From assembly GCA_965116025.1 (NCBI GenBank), contig OZ220480.1:1408001-1472000 (forward strand): 64,000 nucleotides of DNA. Direction: 5' to 3'. This document shows, piece after piece, positions 18,872 through 29,371 of the stretch (within the stretch, counting starts at the first letter, position 1; the number at the start of each line of letters is the position of its first letter). A model generated the notes under the pieces. It had not been told where the DNA came from and ran no database searches. It was given only the letters and a program-made list of their open reading frames with translations. The stretch is from an uncultured candidatus Porisulfidus sp. GTDB lineage: Bacteria > Pseudomonadota > Gammaproteobacteria > Poriferisulfidales > Poriferisulfidaceae. Position numbers and translations under genes: made by a program.

Positions 18872-19946
18872 CGGCTCGCTCGGCCCGCATGGCGTGACGC
18901 TCTCGGCGAAGAGGGTCGAGGACCGGATCGAGATCCCCCTCGAGCATCTCGTGCAGAGCATGCACGGTCAGCCCGATGCGGTGGTCCGTGACGCGACTCT
19001 GCGGGAAGTTGTACGTGCGGATCCGTTCCGAGCGGTCCCCGCTGCCGATCAGGTCGCGGCGGAGGCTGGCCTCCTCCTCGGCGCGGCGGCGACGTTCCCG
19101 ATCTAGCAATCGCGCGCGCAGCAGAGACATGGCCTGCTCGCGATTGCGGTGTTGCGAGCGCTCGTCCTGGCATTCGACCACGATCCCGGTGGGCAGGTGC
19201 GTCACGCGCACCGCGGAGTCGGTTTTGTTGAGGTGCTGCCCCCCGGCTCCGGAAGCCCGGAACCGGTCGACGCGCACGTCTTCCGGCGCGACCTCGATCT
19301 CGCCGATCTCGTCGGTTTCCGGGAACACCGCGACGGTGGCGGCCGAGGTGTGAACGCGCCCCTGGGATTCCGTTTGGGGAACGCGCTGCACCCGGTGCGC
19401 GCCGCACTCGAACCGGAGCCGGGCGTAGACGTCCCGACCGCGGATCCGCGCCACGATCTCACGAAAACCTCCTCGCTCTCCCTCGTTGCAGCTGACGCGC
19501 TCCACGCGCCAGCCGTTGCGCTCGGCGTAACGGCTGTACATCCGGAACAGGTCGCCCGCGAACAAGGCCGCCTCGTCGCCCCCGGCGCCCGCGCGGATTT
19601 CCAGAAACGCGTCGCGCCGGTCGTGCGGGTCGTCCGGGATCAGCGCGTTCTCGATCCGTTTCTCGATTTCTTCCATCCGTTGCCGCAGAAGCGCGAGCTC
19701 CTCGTCGGCGAGGGCGCGCAACGCGGCATCCGGATCGTCTCGCATCCCGGCGATCGAGTCCCGTTCCCGCTGGCAAGCCTGATATTCTTGGTATCGCTCC
19801 ACCAGCGGAGCGAGTCGCGCGAATTCGCTGGACAGTTCGCGATGCCGCGCGCGGTCGGACAGGACCTCCGGGTCCGCGAGTTGCGGCTGAATCCGGGCAT
19901 GGCGCTCGACCGAGCGGTCGAGCCGCGCCCGAAGCGACTCCCTCAT
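18861..19946 (-). CDS. prfA: Peptide chain release factor 1
   Basis: [37 protein letters not shown]; ATG at 19946. Confidence 0.96.
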   Translation of the reverse strand: MRESLRARLDRSVERHARIQPQLADPEVLSDRARHRELSSEFARLAPLVERYQEYQACQRERDSIAGMRDDPDAALRALADEELALLRQRMEEIEKRIENALIPDDPHDRRDAFLEIRAGAGGDEAALFAGDLFRMYSRYAERNGWRVERVSCNEGERGGFREIVARIRGRDVYARLRFECGAHRVQRVPQTESQGRVHTSAATVAVFPETDEIGEIEVAPEDVRVDRFRASGAGGQHLNKTDSAVRVTHLPTGIVVECQDERSQHRNREQAMSLLRARLLDRERRRRAEEEASLRRDLIGSGDRSERIRTYNFPQSRVTDHRIGLTVHALHEMLEGDLDPVLDPLRRERHAMRAERAGDG

Positions 19947-21208
19947 GAGTCTGGCGGGCGGATCCGAAGCAGGGCGCGCGCCGAGTCGAGCAGGGAAAGG
20001 TCGTTGTCTTTGCCGGCCTCGTTCAGGGCCTGGGTCGGGTCGTGCGTCAGCCGGTTGCATAGCGTGTTGGCGAGCCATTCCAGGGTCTCGTCGGCCCCGC
20101 GTCCGCGGCGCAACCGCCGCCGCGCCTGCTCCAGCGTCTCGTTCCGCAACCGTCGCGTTTGGTCGCGGTAGTCCCGGATCAGGGCGAACGCGGATTCGCT
20201 TCGCGCGCGCCGCGCGAACTCTTCCACTTGCTGATCGATGATGGCGCTCGCTTCTTGGCGCGCGCTTTCGCGGGACCGCAGATTCTTCTCGACGACCTGG
20301 CGCAGGTCTTCCTGGGTGTACAGGTAGATGTCGGAGAGATGCGCGACGCGCGGCTCGATGTCGCGCGGCACCGCCAGATCCACCATGTAGATCGGCCGAT
20401 GCCGGCGCCGCTGGATAGCGTCCTCGACGGTCCCTTTGCCGAGCACGGGCACCGGGCTGCCCGTGCTGCTGATGACGATGTCCGCGTCTTCCAGCGCGTG
20501 GCCGATGTGGGAGATTGGGATCGCGTGGGCCAGCAGGTCGCGGGCCAGTTGCCGCGCGCGGTCCAGATTCCGATTGGCGATCGTGAGGTGGCCGACTCCC
20601 GCGTCGTGCAGGTAGCGCGCCACCAGCCGCGCGGCCTCGCCGGCGCCGATCACCAGCGCCCGGCGCTCCTGCAGTTGATCGAAGAACTGCCGGGTGAGCG
20701 AGACCGCGACATGAGCGATGGAGACCGGGTTGCGGCTGATCTCGGTCCTCGTGCGCACTTTTTTCGCCGCCGAGAAAGTATGCTGGATCAAGTGGCGGAG
20801 CTCTCCGCCTAATGTGCCGGCCCGTTCCGCGTCGCGCGACGCTTGCTTGAACTGCCCGAAGATCTCCGGCTCGCCGGGCACCATGGAGTCCAGCCCGCTG
20901 GCGACCTCTATGGCATGCCGCACCGCGGCCTCTCCGGCGTGCCAGTACAGCGCGTCCTTCAGGTCTCCGCGCTCCACCTGATGCCAGTGGCAAAGCCAGT
21001 CGCGGACGCGCTCGATACCGTCCGCGCCATCATGGCTGAGATACAATTCGGTACGGTTGCAGGTGGAGAGAATGACCGCCTCGCTGACGCTCGACAGCGC
21101 CGCCAGCTCCCGGAGGGCGGCGTTCACCGAATCTTGGGTGAACGAGACTCTCTCGCGCAGATCGAGATCGGCGGTCCGGTGATTGATGCCAAGGGCGGCC
21201 AATGCCAT
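19943..21208 (-). CDS. hemA: Glutamyl-tRNA reductase
   Basis: [33 protein letters not shown]. Confidence 0.96.
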   Translation of the reverse strand: MALAALGINHRTADLDLRERVSFTQDSVNAALRELAALSSVSEAVILSTCNRTELYLSHDGADGIERVRDWLCHWHQVERGDLKDALYWHAGEAAVRHAIEVASGLDSMVPGEPEIFGQFKQASRDAERAGTLGGELRHLIQHTFSAAKKVRTRTEISRNPVSIAHVAVSLTRQFFDQLQERRALVIGAGEAARLVARYLHDAGVGHLTIANRNLDRARQLARDLLAHAIPISHIGHALEDADIVISSTGSPVPVLGKGTVEDAIQRRRHRPIYMVDLAVPRDIEPRVAHLSDIYLYTQEDLRQVVEKNLRSRESARQEASAIIDQQVEEFARRARSESAFALIRDYRDQTRRLRNETLEQARRRLRRGRGADETLEWLANTLCNRLTHDPTQALNEAGKDNDLSLLDSARALLRIRPPDS

Positions 21209-21354
21209 AATATCGGGCTCCCGCGTGGTGTCCGCGACTGCTCTCGACAATTTTACGCCAACGATCCCACGCCGCGCGGCCGCGCGGGGTCGCTCGGCGC
21301 GATCAGGCCGGAAGCCCGACGCCACGACATCAGCGAAATCCAGGAGGTTGGAGC

Positions 21355-21582
21355 ATGAGAACTTTCGGAATCGTAACCGCCGTCTTGGGCGCCATTCTGG
21401 GATTTCTCATCGGGCCGTTCGGGTGGTTCCTGCTGATCGTCGGGCTGCTCCTGATGATCGCCGCTTCCGCCGGGAAAGAGAAATCGCCAAAACCGGCCAG
21501 CGGCCAATCGACGGGCGGATACGCGGGGCTCGCGAAAAATAAGAAGCCTGGGCGCCGCGGCCCGGATTCCTTGGGCAAGTGA
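21355..21582 (+). CDS. Small hypothetical membrane protein
   Basis: SD-like ggag before ATG; hydrophobic N-terminal hairpin and basic tail; stop overlaps next gene. Confidence 0.6.
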   Translation: MRTFGIVTAVLGAILGFLIGPFGWFLLIVGLLLMIAASAGKEKSPKPASGQSTGGYAGLAKNKKPGRRGPDSLGK

Positions 21583-23399
21583 GCCGCTCCGCCGCGCGAG
21601 AAAGGATCATGGCGACGGCGTTCGGCGGCGCTCCAGCTTTTCCACGGAGAGCGAGAATCGAGCGCCGCCTCCCGCTCGGATTCGTCGCGCTCGCGTTTTC
21701 GCTCGGGCTGGCGTCGGGTTGCCAGTCCGCGCGCGAGCAGGTCGAGCCTGTGGCGGAGACTCCCGTCGCGGACCTGATGTACGAGCTGCTGCAGGGCGAG
21801 ATGAGCGGGTTCCGTGGAGATCTGCCAGTCGCGTTCGATCACTACTACCGGGCGTCCCTGCTGACGGATGATCCCAAGGTCGCCTCGCGGGCCACCGAGA
21901 TCGCTCTGTGGATGCGGGACTACGAACGCGCGTCGATGGCCGCCGCGCGCTGGCGAGAGCTGGTTCCGGAAAACCCGCATCCGTTGCGCGTGCTCGGCGC
22001 CACCCACGCGATTTCCGGGGATATTCCGGCCGCGCGCGCGGCATACGAGGAGTCCATCGACGCGTCTCCGCTCAGTCTGGAGATGGACCTGCTCGCGGTG
22101 ACGAACTCGCTCTCCATCGAGGCGGCGCGGCCCGCGCGACTCGCCGTCCTCAAGGCTTTGGCGGGCAGCTATCCGAGCAGCGCTCACGCCCATTTGCATG
22201 TGGCGGGCATCGCGCGGGCGGAAGGAAAGACGGAGGAGGCCCTGGCGGCGGCGCGGCGCGCTTCCGAGCGACTTCCCCGATGGCCCGAGGCGATCGCCCT
22301 GCGCGCCGATATCCTGCGCGAGACGGGGCGCTCCGAAGAGGCGGTCGCGCTACTGCGCGAGACCCTGGAGATGCCGATCCAGAACGCGTCGCGCCTGCGC
22401 CAGATGCTGGCGGATATCCTGAACGGCCTGGGGAAGAAAGCTGAGGCGCGAGCGGAATTCTCCGCGTTGCTCGACTCCGACCCGAACAACCCGCATTTGC
22501 AAATGACGCTCGGCTCCCTAGCGCTCATGGCGGGCGACTGGAAGGAATCCGAGCGCCACTTTCTCGCGCTCCGGGCCAACTCCCGCCCGCTGGTGGCCGA
22601 TCAGGAGCCGACCCTGAACCGCTCGGTCGGAGCGTATTTCCTCGGTCTGGCGGCCGAGGAGTCCGGGGACGTGGCGAAGGCCATGGACTACTACTACCAG
22701 GTCGATGAGCGGGACTATTTCGGGGTCGACGAGTACTATCAGAAAGCGCGGGCCCGAATCGGGCGTCTGCTGCTGGATTCGGGGTATCTGGATCGGGCGC
22801 GCATGCATTTCCAAGTGTCGCGCGGGCGTAGCCAGCGCGAGGGAAGCGTGGTGCAGCTATACGTCGCGGAGAGCGACATGCTATACGGATTGCGGCGATA
22901 CGATGCCGGGTTCTCCTTGCTGAGCGAGGCATTGCAGAAATATCCGGGTCATGCCGCCCTGCTGTACAGCCGCGCCTTGCAGGCCGAGCGGCTCGGGCGG
23001 GTCGACTGGCTCGAGCGTGACCTGAGGGCGGTGCTCGCGGAGGATCCGGATAATCCGCAGGCCCTGAACGCGCTGGGCTACACCTGGGCGGACCACAACC
23101 AGAATCTCGACCTCGCGCTGGACTACATCGAGCGCGCGCACGCCCAGCTGCCGAATGACGCGGCGGTCACCGACAGTTTGGGATGGGTGCATTACCGGCT
23201 CGGCAATCTCGAGCGCGCGGAGACCTTGCTGCGACGGGCGTTCACGATCCAGCCCGAAGGAGAGATCGTGGCCCATCTGGTCGAGGTGCTCTGGACCTTG
23301 GGGCGGCGCGAGGAAGCCCGAAAAATCTACCGCGAGGCGGTGGACCGCCTTCCGGACGACGAATTCCTGGGACGAATCGGACGGCGCTTCTCCCTATGA
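21579..23399 (+). CDS. TPR-repeat lipoprotein upstream of lolB
   Basis: Lipobox-like ASGC; ALNALGYTWAD and DSLGWVHYRLG TPR motifs; conserved hemA/TPR/lolB position; start uncertain (21579 or 21609). Confidence 0.88.
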   Translation: MSRSAARERIMATAFGGAPAFPRRARIERRLPLGFVALAFSLGLASGCQSAREQVEPVAETPVADLMYELLQGEMSGFRGDLPVAFDHYYRASLLTDDPKVASRATEIALWMRDYERASMAAARWRELVPENPHPLRVLGATHAISGDIPAARAAYEESIDASPLSLEMDLLAVTNSLSIEAARPARLAVLKALAGSYPSSAHAHLHVAGIARAEGKTEEALAAARRASERLPRWPEAIALRADILRETGRSEEAVALLRETLEMPIQNASRLRQMLADILNGLGKKAEARAEFSALLDSDPNNPHLQMTLGSLALMAGDWKESERHFLALRANSRPLVADQEPTLNRSVGAYFLGLAAEESGDVAKAMDYYYQVDERDYFGVDEYYQKARARIGRLLLDSGYLDRARMHFQVSRGRSQREGSVVQLYVAESDMLYGLRRYDAGFSLLSEALQKYPGHAALLYSRALQAERLGRVDWLERDLRAVLAEDPDNPQALNALGYTWADHNQNLDLALDYIERAHAQLPNDAAVTDSLGWVHYRLGNLERAETLLRRAFTIQPEGEIVAHLVEVLWTLGRREEARKIYREAVDRLPDDEFLGRIGRRFSL

Positions 23400-24004
23400 A
23401 GAGAATGGGACTCGTTCCAGTGGCGGCTCTTCTGCTGTCGGCCGGTTGCGCGCCGCTGGAGCCGCCGCCCGAGACGGACGCGGACGACTTGGAACGGGCC
23501 CGACTCTGGGAGACGCACCGTCGCAGCGTGGCGGATCTCGACGAGTGGGGTTTTCGAGGGCGATTCGGCTTGCGATGGGAAGGCGGCCAGGTTCAGGGCC
23601 GTCTCCAGTGGCGGCAGATGGGCGCCGGCTTCCAACTTCGACTGAGCGGGCCGTTTGGGCTCAATCCCGTGCGGATCGCCGGCGACCTGCGAACCGGCGA
23701 GGCGGTCCTGGACGATGGAGAGAAGGTCGCGCGGGGAATGATCGAAGAGGTGATGCGCGCGCGTCTGGGCTTCGCGTTGCCGCTGGCGGAACTGGCGGAT
23801 CTCGCGCGCGGCATCCCATCTTCCGATTCCGGCGAGGTCACGCTCGACGGACAGGCCCGGGCCCTGCGGATCCTTCAGGGAGGATGGGAGATCGATTATC
23901 GCGACTACAGCTGTTGCGAGGAGCCGGCTCTGCCCGGGCGAGTGCGTTTCGCCCAAGAGTCGATGCGCGGCGCGCTGGTGGTCCGCGAATGGAGCCGGAA
24001 CTGA
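23396..24004 (+). CDS. lolB: Outer membrane lipoprotein LolB
   Basis: Lipobox SAGC, WGFRGRFG, LSGPFG, LGFALP; between TPR gene and ispE. Confidence 0.85.
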   Translation: MKRMGLVPVAALLLSAGCAPLEPPPETDADDLERARLWETHRRSVADLDEWGFRGRFGLRWEGGQVQGRLQWRQMGAGFQLRLSGPFGLNPVRIAGDLRTGEAVLDDGEKVARGMIEEVMRARLGFALPLAELADLARGIPSSDSGEVTLDGQARALRILQGGWEIDYRDYSCCEEPALPGRVRFAQESMRGALVVREWSRN

Positions 24005-24007
24005 CCG

Positions 24008-24838
24008 ATGCGCCTGCGTGCGCCCGCCAAGCTCAACTTGTTTCTCCATGTGACCGGTCGGCGCGCGGACGGCTACCACGAGTTGCAGACCCTGTTCCAG
24101 TTGATCGACTACGCGGACCGCCTCACGATCAAGCCGCGAGAGGATGATCGCTTCGAGTACGCGGACGACTCGGGCAGGGATTTCGGGATGTCCAATCTGT
24201 GCCTGCGGGCCGCCGAGCTGGCGCGCGCGCGATACCCTGAAGGCTGTGGGGCCTCGATGTTCCTGAACAAGCGCATCGCGGTCGGCGCGGGGCTGGGCGG
24301 CGGCAGCTCCGACGCGGCCGCCGTGCTGCACGGACTCAATCGGTTGTGGGGCCGGCCATGGACCATCAGGGAGCTGGCCGCGATGGGGCGGGAACTGGGG
24401 GCGGACGTGCCGCTGTTCGTGCGCGGGCGCACCGCCTGGGCGGAAGGCGTGGGCGAGAGGCTGACGCCGGTGGACCGTCCGGAAGGGTTCGCGCTGGTGC
24501 TGCCGACCCCGTCGGAAGTGAGCACGGCCGAGGCGTACCGGTCCCTGGAATTGACACAATGGAGCGCTCCTATCAAAATGGAGGAGGTGGACGCTTACTG
24601 GGGAAGCAACGTCTTCGAGAAATCGCTTCGGGCCCGCCTGCCGGAAGTGGGCGCGCGTCTGGATTGGTTGCGCCGCCGCGCGCGCGCGGCCGTCACCGGC
24701 TCAGGTGGCTCGGTCTTCGCGTGGTTCGACGATCGCGGCGCGGCCGAGGCGGCGCTGGCGCTCTGCCCGCCGGAGTGGAACGGGAGGGTCGCCGCGAGTC
24801 TCGCGCGCTCTCCAGTGCTGGAGCGAGAGGACGCATGA
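24008..24838 (+). CDS. ispE: 4-diphosphocytidyl-2-C-methyl-D-erythritol kinase
   Basis: APAKLNLFL, GLGGGSSDAA, LGADVP. Confidence 0.95.
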   Translation: MRLRAPAKLNLFLHVTGRRADGYHELQTLFQLIDYADRLTIKPREDDRFEYADDSGRDFGMSNLCLRAAELARARYPEGCGASMFLNKRIAVGAGLGGGSSDAAAVLHGLNRLWGRPWTIRELAAMGRELGADVPLFVRGRTAWAEGVGERLTPVDRPEGFALVLPTPSEVSTAEAYRSLELTQWSAPIKMEEVDAYWGSNVFEKSLRARLPEVGARLDWLRRRARAAVTGSGGSVFAWFDDRGAAEAALALCPPEWNGRVAASLARSPVLEREDA

Positions 24839-24845
24839 AGGATGT

Positions 24846-24923
24846 TGGGCCGTCGCCAAGTCAGGTTAAGGCACGGGGTTTTGATCCCCGCATTCGCAGG
24901 TTCGAATCCTGCCGGCCCAGCCA
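24846..24923 (+). tRNA. tRNA-Gln (TTG)
   Basis: Acceptor TGGGCCG/CGGCCCA, anticodon arm cgggg-ttTTGat-ccccg, GGTTCGAATCC, 3' CCA. Confidence 0.96.
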
Positions 24924-24954
24924 CCGTTTCGTTTTCCCGGAGGGAGCCTAGAGC

Positions 24955-25911
24955 ATGAGCGACTACGACGACCTGATGGTGTTCGGCGGAAACGCCCATC
25001 CAGATCTCGCGCGGAAGATCGTCCAGCATCTCAGCATCCCGCTGGGCAAGGCCGACATCGGACGTTTCAGCGATGGCGAGGTGCGCGTCGAGATCAACGA
25101 GAACGTCCGCGGCAAGGACGTGTTCATCGTGCAGCCGACGTGCAGCCCGACCAACGAGAACCTGATGGAGCTGGTGATCATCGTCGACGCGCTGCGCCGC
25201 TCGTCGGCGCACCGCATCACGGCGGTGGTGTCGTACTTCGGTTATTCGAGGCAGGATCGCCGCGCCCGCTCGGGCCGCGTGCCGATCTCGGCCAAGCTGG
25301 CGGCGAACATCATCACCGCGGCCGGGGTCGATCGGGTTCTGACCATCGACCTGCATGCCGATCAGGAGCAGGGCTTCTTCGACATCCCGGTCGACAACAT
25401 CTACGCCTCCCCGATCCTGATCAAGGACATCTGGCATCAGGGCGGGGATGGTCGCCTGGTGACGGTGTCGCCGGATATCGGCGGGGTGGTGCGCGCTCGC
25501 GCGTTCGCCAAGCAACTCGGCAGCGAGCTCGCGATCATCGACAAGCGCCGGCCGAGCCCCAACGAGTCCGAGGTCATGAGCGTCATCGGCGAGGTCGAGG
25601 GCATGGCCTGCGTGATGGTCGACGACATGGTGGACACGGCGGGCACCCTGTGCCACGCCGCCGCCGCCCTGAAGGAACGCGGAGCCACTCGGGTCGTCGC
25701 CTATGCCACGCATCCGGTGCTGTCGGGGCGGGCCATCGAGAATCTGGCGGACTCGGCGCTCGACGAGCTCGTCGTGACGGACACCATTCCGTTGCGCGAG
25801 GAGGCCCGGAGCTGCGACCGGATTCGGGCGCTTAGCGTGTCCGAACTGCTGGCGGAATCCATCTCCCGCATTCACCGGAACGAGTCGATCAGCACGCTGT
25901 TCATCGAGTGA
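24955..25911 (+). CDS. prs: Ribose-phosphate pyrophosphokinase
   Basis: [22 protein letters not shown]. Confidence 0.97.
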   Translation: MSDYDDLMVFGGNAHPDLARKIVQHLSIPLGKADIGRFSDGEVRVEINENVRGKDVFIVQPTCSPTNENLMELVIIVDALRRSSAHRITAVVSYFGYSRQDRRARSGRVPISAKLAANIITAAGVDRVLTIDLHADQEQGFFDIPVDNIYASPILIKDIWHQGGDGRLVTVSPDIGGVVRARAFAKQLGSELAIIDKRRPSPNESEVMSVIGEVEGMACVMVDDMVDTAGTLCHAAAALKERGATRVVAYATHPVLSGRAIENLADSALDELVVTDTIPLREEARSCDRIRALSVSELLAESISRIHRNESISTLFIE

Positions 25912-26001
25912 GGACCGCCGCCGCTCGCGGATGGGACGCTGGCCGTCCCTGATCCAGAGAGATTCAGGCCCGGAGTCGGTCGCGACGCGAAAAGCCGTTT
26001 T

Positions 26002-26009
26002 GTTATAAT
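26002..26009 (+). promoter_or_regulatory. Extended -10 promoter of aprMBA
   Basis: ttgtTATAAT about 40 nt before aprM ATG. Confidence 0.5.
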
Positions 26010-26050
26010 GCGGCGACCGGACATCGAAAAACTTTTGGAAGCCAGAGAAT

Positions 26051-26815
26051 ATGTTCACCAGCGATCCCTTTGCTGATCTTTCGGCATACATCCCCGGCGC
26101 CGTGGCGCAGGGTTTCGTCATCGTCATGTTCGCCCTCGTCGTGGCGGGCACGCTGTTCGACGTCGTGCACAAGAAAAGCGCCAAGTACTTCTTCAAGGAC
26201 TGGCAGAAGTCGAAAGACAAGGGAACCCGGCAGGTCGGGAGCGGCGAGATCGCGTCCATGGCGGCGCGGACCTTGGCGAGCGAGGTGCTGACCTCATCGG
26301 AGTTCTGCTCCGCGCGAAGGAGAATCGCGCACCTGCTCACCATGTACGGCTTCATCGGGCATGTCGTCGCGACCGCCGTCTTGGTGTTCGGGATCTCCGG
26401 CGCTACCGCTTGGTCCGTGGCGTGGCACGTCGGGGCCCTGATGGTCTGCGTGGGCGGCTACTGGTTCTGGTTCTTTATCCGGGCGGACGTGTCCGCCGAG
26501 GGCCATTCCCCGTTTCGAATCATCCGCGCTGACCTGTTCGTTCTGTCGTTGCTCGCGAGCGCGACGTTCGCTCTGCTCTGGTCTGGACTGCAGGGATCGC
26601 TAGCGGGATGGATCTTCTTTGGACTGTACGCGTTCGCGACCACGATGCTGTTCGGATCCGTGCCCTGGTCCAAGTTCGCGCACATGTTCTTCAAGCCCTC
26701 GGCCGCCCTGCAGAAAAGGGTGGCGGAAGCGGCTGGGTCGAGAAGCAATTTGCCAGCCCCGGCGGACAAGCCGGAGGCCTTCGGCAACGCGCGCGGCCTG
26801 CCGACGAATTATTGA
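26051..26815 (+). CDS. aprM: Adenylylsulfate reductase membrane anchor
   Basis: DVVHKKSAKYF, RRIAHLLTMYG, PWSKFAHMFFKP; directly upstream of aprBA. Confidence 0.92.
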   Translation: MFTSDPFADLSAYIPGAVAQGFVIVMFALVVAGTLFDVVHKKSAKYFFKDWQKSKDKGTRQVGSGEIASMAARTLASEVLTSSEFCSARRRIAHLLTMYGFIGHVVATAVLVFGISGATAWSVAWHVGALMVCVGGYWFWFFIRADVSAEGHSPFRIIRADLFVLSLLASATFALLWSGLQGSLAGWIFFGLYAFATTMLFGSVPWSKFAHMFFKPSAALQKRVAEAAGSRSNLPAPADKPEAFGNARGLPTNY

Positions 26816-26884
26816 TCGGGCTATCCCCGACTCCAAGAACTTTCAAGGACTCTTCACCTCAACTACGGAAAAGGATAGGAAAGC

Positions 26885-27328
26885 ATGCCAACTTTCGTTT
26901 ATATGACTCGCTGCGATGGTTGCGGCCACTGCGTGGATATCTGCCCCTCGGACATCATGCACATCGATAAGACTTATCGGCGCGCCTACAACATCGAGCC
27001 CAACATGTGCTGGGAATGCTACTCCTGCGTGAAGGCTTGCCCGCAAAACGCGATCGACGCGCGCGGATACGCCGATTTCGCGCCTCTGGGCCATAGCGTC
27101 CGAGCGTTGCGCGAAGAGGAGAAGGGAACGATTTCCTGGAAAGTCATGTTCCGCGATGGTCGGGAGAAGAACTTCGTCTCGCCGATCCGGACTACCGATT
27201 GGGGGACGATCCCGTCTCCCGCCGACCTGGCGGAGCCTAGCGCGGAAGACTTTCGCACCGAGGAGCTCGCGCACGAGCCGGACGCGCTCAACATCGATGG
27301 CGGATTGCCCACGTTGAAAACAGCCTGA
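26885..27328 (+). CDS. aprB: Adenylylsulfate reductase beta subunit
   Basis: MPTFVYMTRCDGCG, CWECYSCVKACP. Confidence 0.97.
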   Translation: MPTFVYMTRCDGCGHCVDICPSDIMHIDKTYRRAYNIEPNMCWECYSCVKACPQNAIDARGYADFAPLGHSVRALREEEKGTISWKVMFRDGREKNFVSPIRTTDWGTIPSPADLAEPSAEDFRTEELAHEPDALNIDGGLPTLKTA

Positions 27329-27368
27329 AAAGCTTTAACACCCCTGAAACTCAAGGAGCGACCTAATA

Positions 27369-29213
27369 ATGGGATGGTTTGATCGAAGAAAAACGGTTTT
27401 CGTGGATTCCGACATTCTCGTCGTCGGCGGAGGCATGGCCGGTTGCGGCGCCACGTACGAATCCAAATACTGGGGGCGGGACCTGAAAGTAGTGTGCGTC
27501 GAGAAGGCGAACATCGAGCGCAGCGGGGCGGTCGCCCAAGGCCTGTACGCGATCAACTGCTACATGGGCATGCAGTGGGGCGAGAACCAGCCGGAAGACC
27601 ACGTCCGCTACGCGCGCAGCGACCTGATGGGACTCGTGCGGGAGGATCTCGGCTACGACATCGCCCGGCATGTCGATGCCACGGTGCACAAGTTCGAGGA
27701 ATGGGGGCTTCCCATCATGCGGGACCCGGAGACGGGTCGCTACCAGCGCGAGGGGAAATGGCAGATCATGATTCACGGCGAGAGCTACAAGCCGATCGTC
27801 GCCGAGGCCGCCCGCAAGGCCGCCAACGAGGTCTACAACCGAATCATGGTGACCCACCTGCTGATGGATGAGACGAAGCCCAACCGGGTGGCTGGGGCCG
27901 TTGGCTTCAACGTCCGCACCGGGGACTACTACGTGTTCCGCGCCAAGGCCGTGATCGTCTGCGCTGGCGGAGCCTCGCACATTTACAAGCCCCGCTCCGT
28001 GGGAGAGGGCATGGGTCGCACTTGGTACGCGCCATGGAGCAGCGCGTCCGCCTACGCTCTGCCGATCCTGGCCGGCGCCAAGATGACGCAGATGGAGAAC
28101 CGGATCGTTCTCGCTCGCTTCAAGGACGGCTACGGACCGGTCGGCGCCTACTTCCTGCATCTCAAGACCTACACGCAGAACGGCCTTGGCGAGGAATACG
28201 AGTCCAAGTGGTACGACCAGACCAAGGAGCTCGTCGGCGACTACATCGACCAGCATCCGACCCCGACTTGCTTGCGCAACCACGCTTTTCTCGAGGAGGT
28301 GAAGGCGGGCAGAGGTCCCATCCGCATGGTCACCAAGGAGGCGTTCCAGGACCCGCACAAGGAAACCGTGGGCTGGGAAAACTTCCTTGGCATGACGATC
28401 GGGCAGGCGGTGGTCTGGGCGTCCCAGAACATCGATCCCAAGGAGATCAACCCGGAACTAACGACGTCCGAGCCCTACGTCATGGGGTCGCACGCGACCT
28501 GCTCGGGCGCTTGGGCGAGCGGTCCCTCGGATTTCGCGCCCTCCGACTATCAGTGGGGCTACAACCGGATGATGACCGTCGACGGTCTGTTCGGGGCCGG
28601 CGACACGATCGGCGGAAGCGCGCACAAGTTCTCGTCCGGGTCCTATACGGAAGGACGCATCGCGGCCAAGGCGGCGGTGAATTACGTCAATGACCTCAAG
28701 AACGAGAAGCTCAAGGTTGGCGAGAAACAGTATCAGGACCTGAAGAAGGTCATCTACAAGCCCTTGGAGAACTACGAGATCGGCCGCAACGAGATCGTGG
28801 CGGGCACCGTATCGCCTAGTTACATCCTGCCGATCCATGGCCTCCAGCGTCTCGAGAAGATCATGGACGAGTACGTCGGGGGGATCGGCACCAACTACAT
28901 GACCAACGGACCGTTGCTCACGCGCGGGCTGGAGTTGCTGGACATGCTGAAGGAGGATATCGAGAACATTGGAGCCGAGGATCTGCACCAGCTGCAGAGA
29001 GCTTGGGAGCTCCAGCACCGTTTCCTGGCCTCGCAGTCCGTGGCCCACCACACGATGTTCCGCAAGGAAACGCGCTGGCCGGGATATTACTATCGTGGCG
29101 ACTTCCCGAAGCTGGACGACGAGAACTGGCACTGTTTCACCCTGTCGCGCTACGACCGCGATTCCGACAGTTGGGAAGTGGAGAAGGCTCCGGTCCACCA
29201 TATCATCGACTAG
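27369..29213 (+). CDS. aprA: Adenylylsulfate reductase alpha subunit
   Basis: RSGAVAQGL, WQIMIHGESYK, HKFSSGS, RKETRWPGYYYR. Confidence 0.97.
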   Translation: MGWFDRRKTVFVDSDILVVGGGMAGCGATYESKYWGRDLKVVCVEKANIERSGAVAQGLYAINCYMGMQWGENQPEDHVRYARSDLMGLVREDLGYDIARHVDATVHKFEEWGLPIMRDPETGRYQREGKWQIMIHGESYKPIVAEAARKAANEVYNRIMVTHLLMDETKPNRVAGAVGFNVRTGDYYVFRAKAVIVCAGGASHIYKPRSVGEGMGRTWYAPWSSASAYALPILAGAKMTQMENRIVLARFKDGYGPVGAYFLHLKTYTQNGLGEEYESKWYDQTKELVGDYIDQHPTPTCLRNHAFLEEVKAGRGPIRMVTKEAFQDPHKETVGWENFLGMTIGQAVVWASQNIDPKEINPELTTSEPYVMGSHATCSGAWASGPSDFAPSDYQWGYNRMMTVDGLFGAGDTIGGSAHKFSSGSYTEGRIAAKAAVNYVNDLKNEKLKVGEKQYQDLKKVIYKPLENYEIGRNEIVAGTVSPSYILPIHGLQRLEKIMDEYVGGIGTNYMTNGPLLTRGLELLDMLKEDIENIGAEDLHQLQRAWELQHRFLASQSVAHHTMFRKETRWPGYYYRGDFPKLDDENWHCFTLSRYDRDSDSWEVEKAPVHHIID

Positions 29214-29371
29214 ACGAATCGACGATCAGGAAAATCGTTATCGGAACGAGCGGACACGCGGCGCCTCCGCCAGCATTTAGAAATTTCAGGTGGACGGCTG
29301 GTCCGCGTGCCGCTCGCTTCCTTTCTCGGTCGGTCAGTGATAACCAGCGAAAAGGAAGAGTCGAAGCTTCG

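Noticed and set aside
18861-20993. 710-aa ORF suggesting an extended or fused RF1
   Set aside because: The N-terminal half is an alternative frame over hemA; the real prfA starts at ATG 19946.
24595-26355. Long antisense ORFs over prs/aprM and similar ones over aceF, pheT, era and glnD
   Set aside because: Typical high-GC shadow ORFs opposite well-supported genes.
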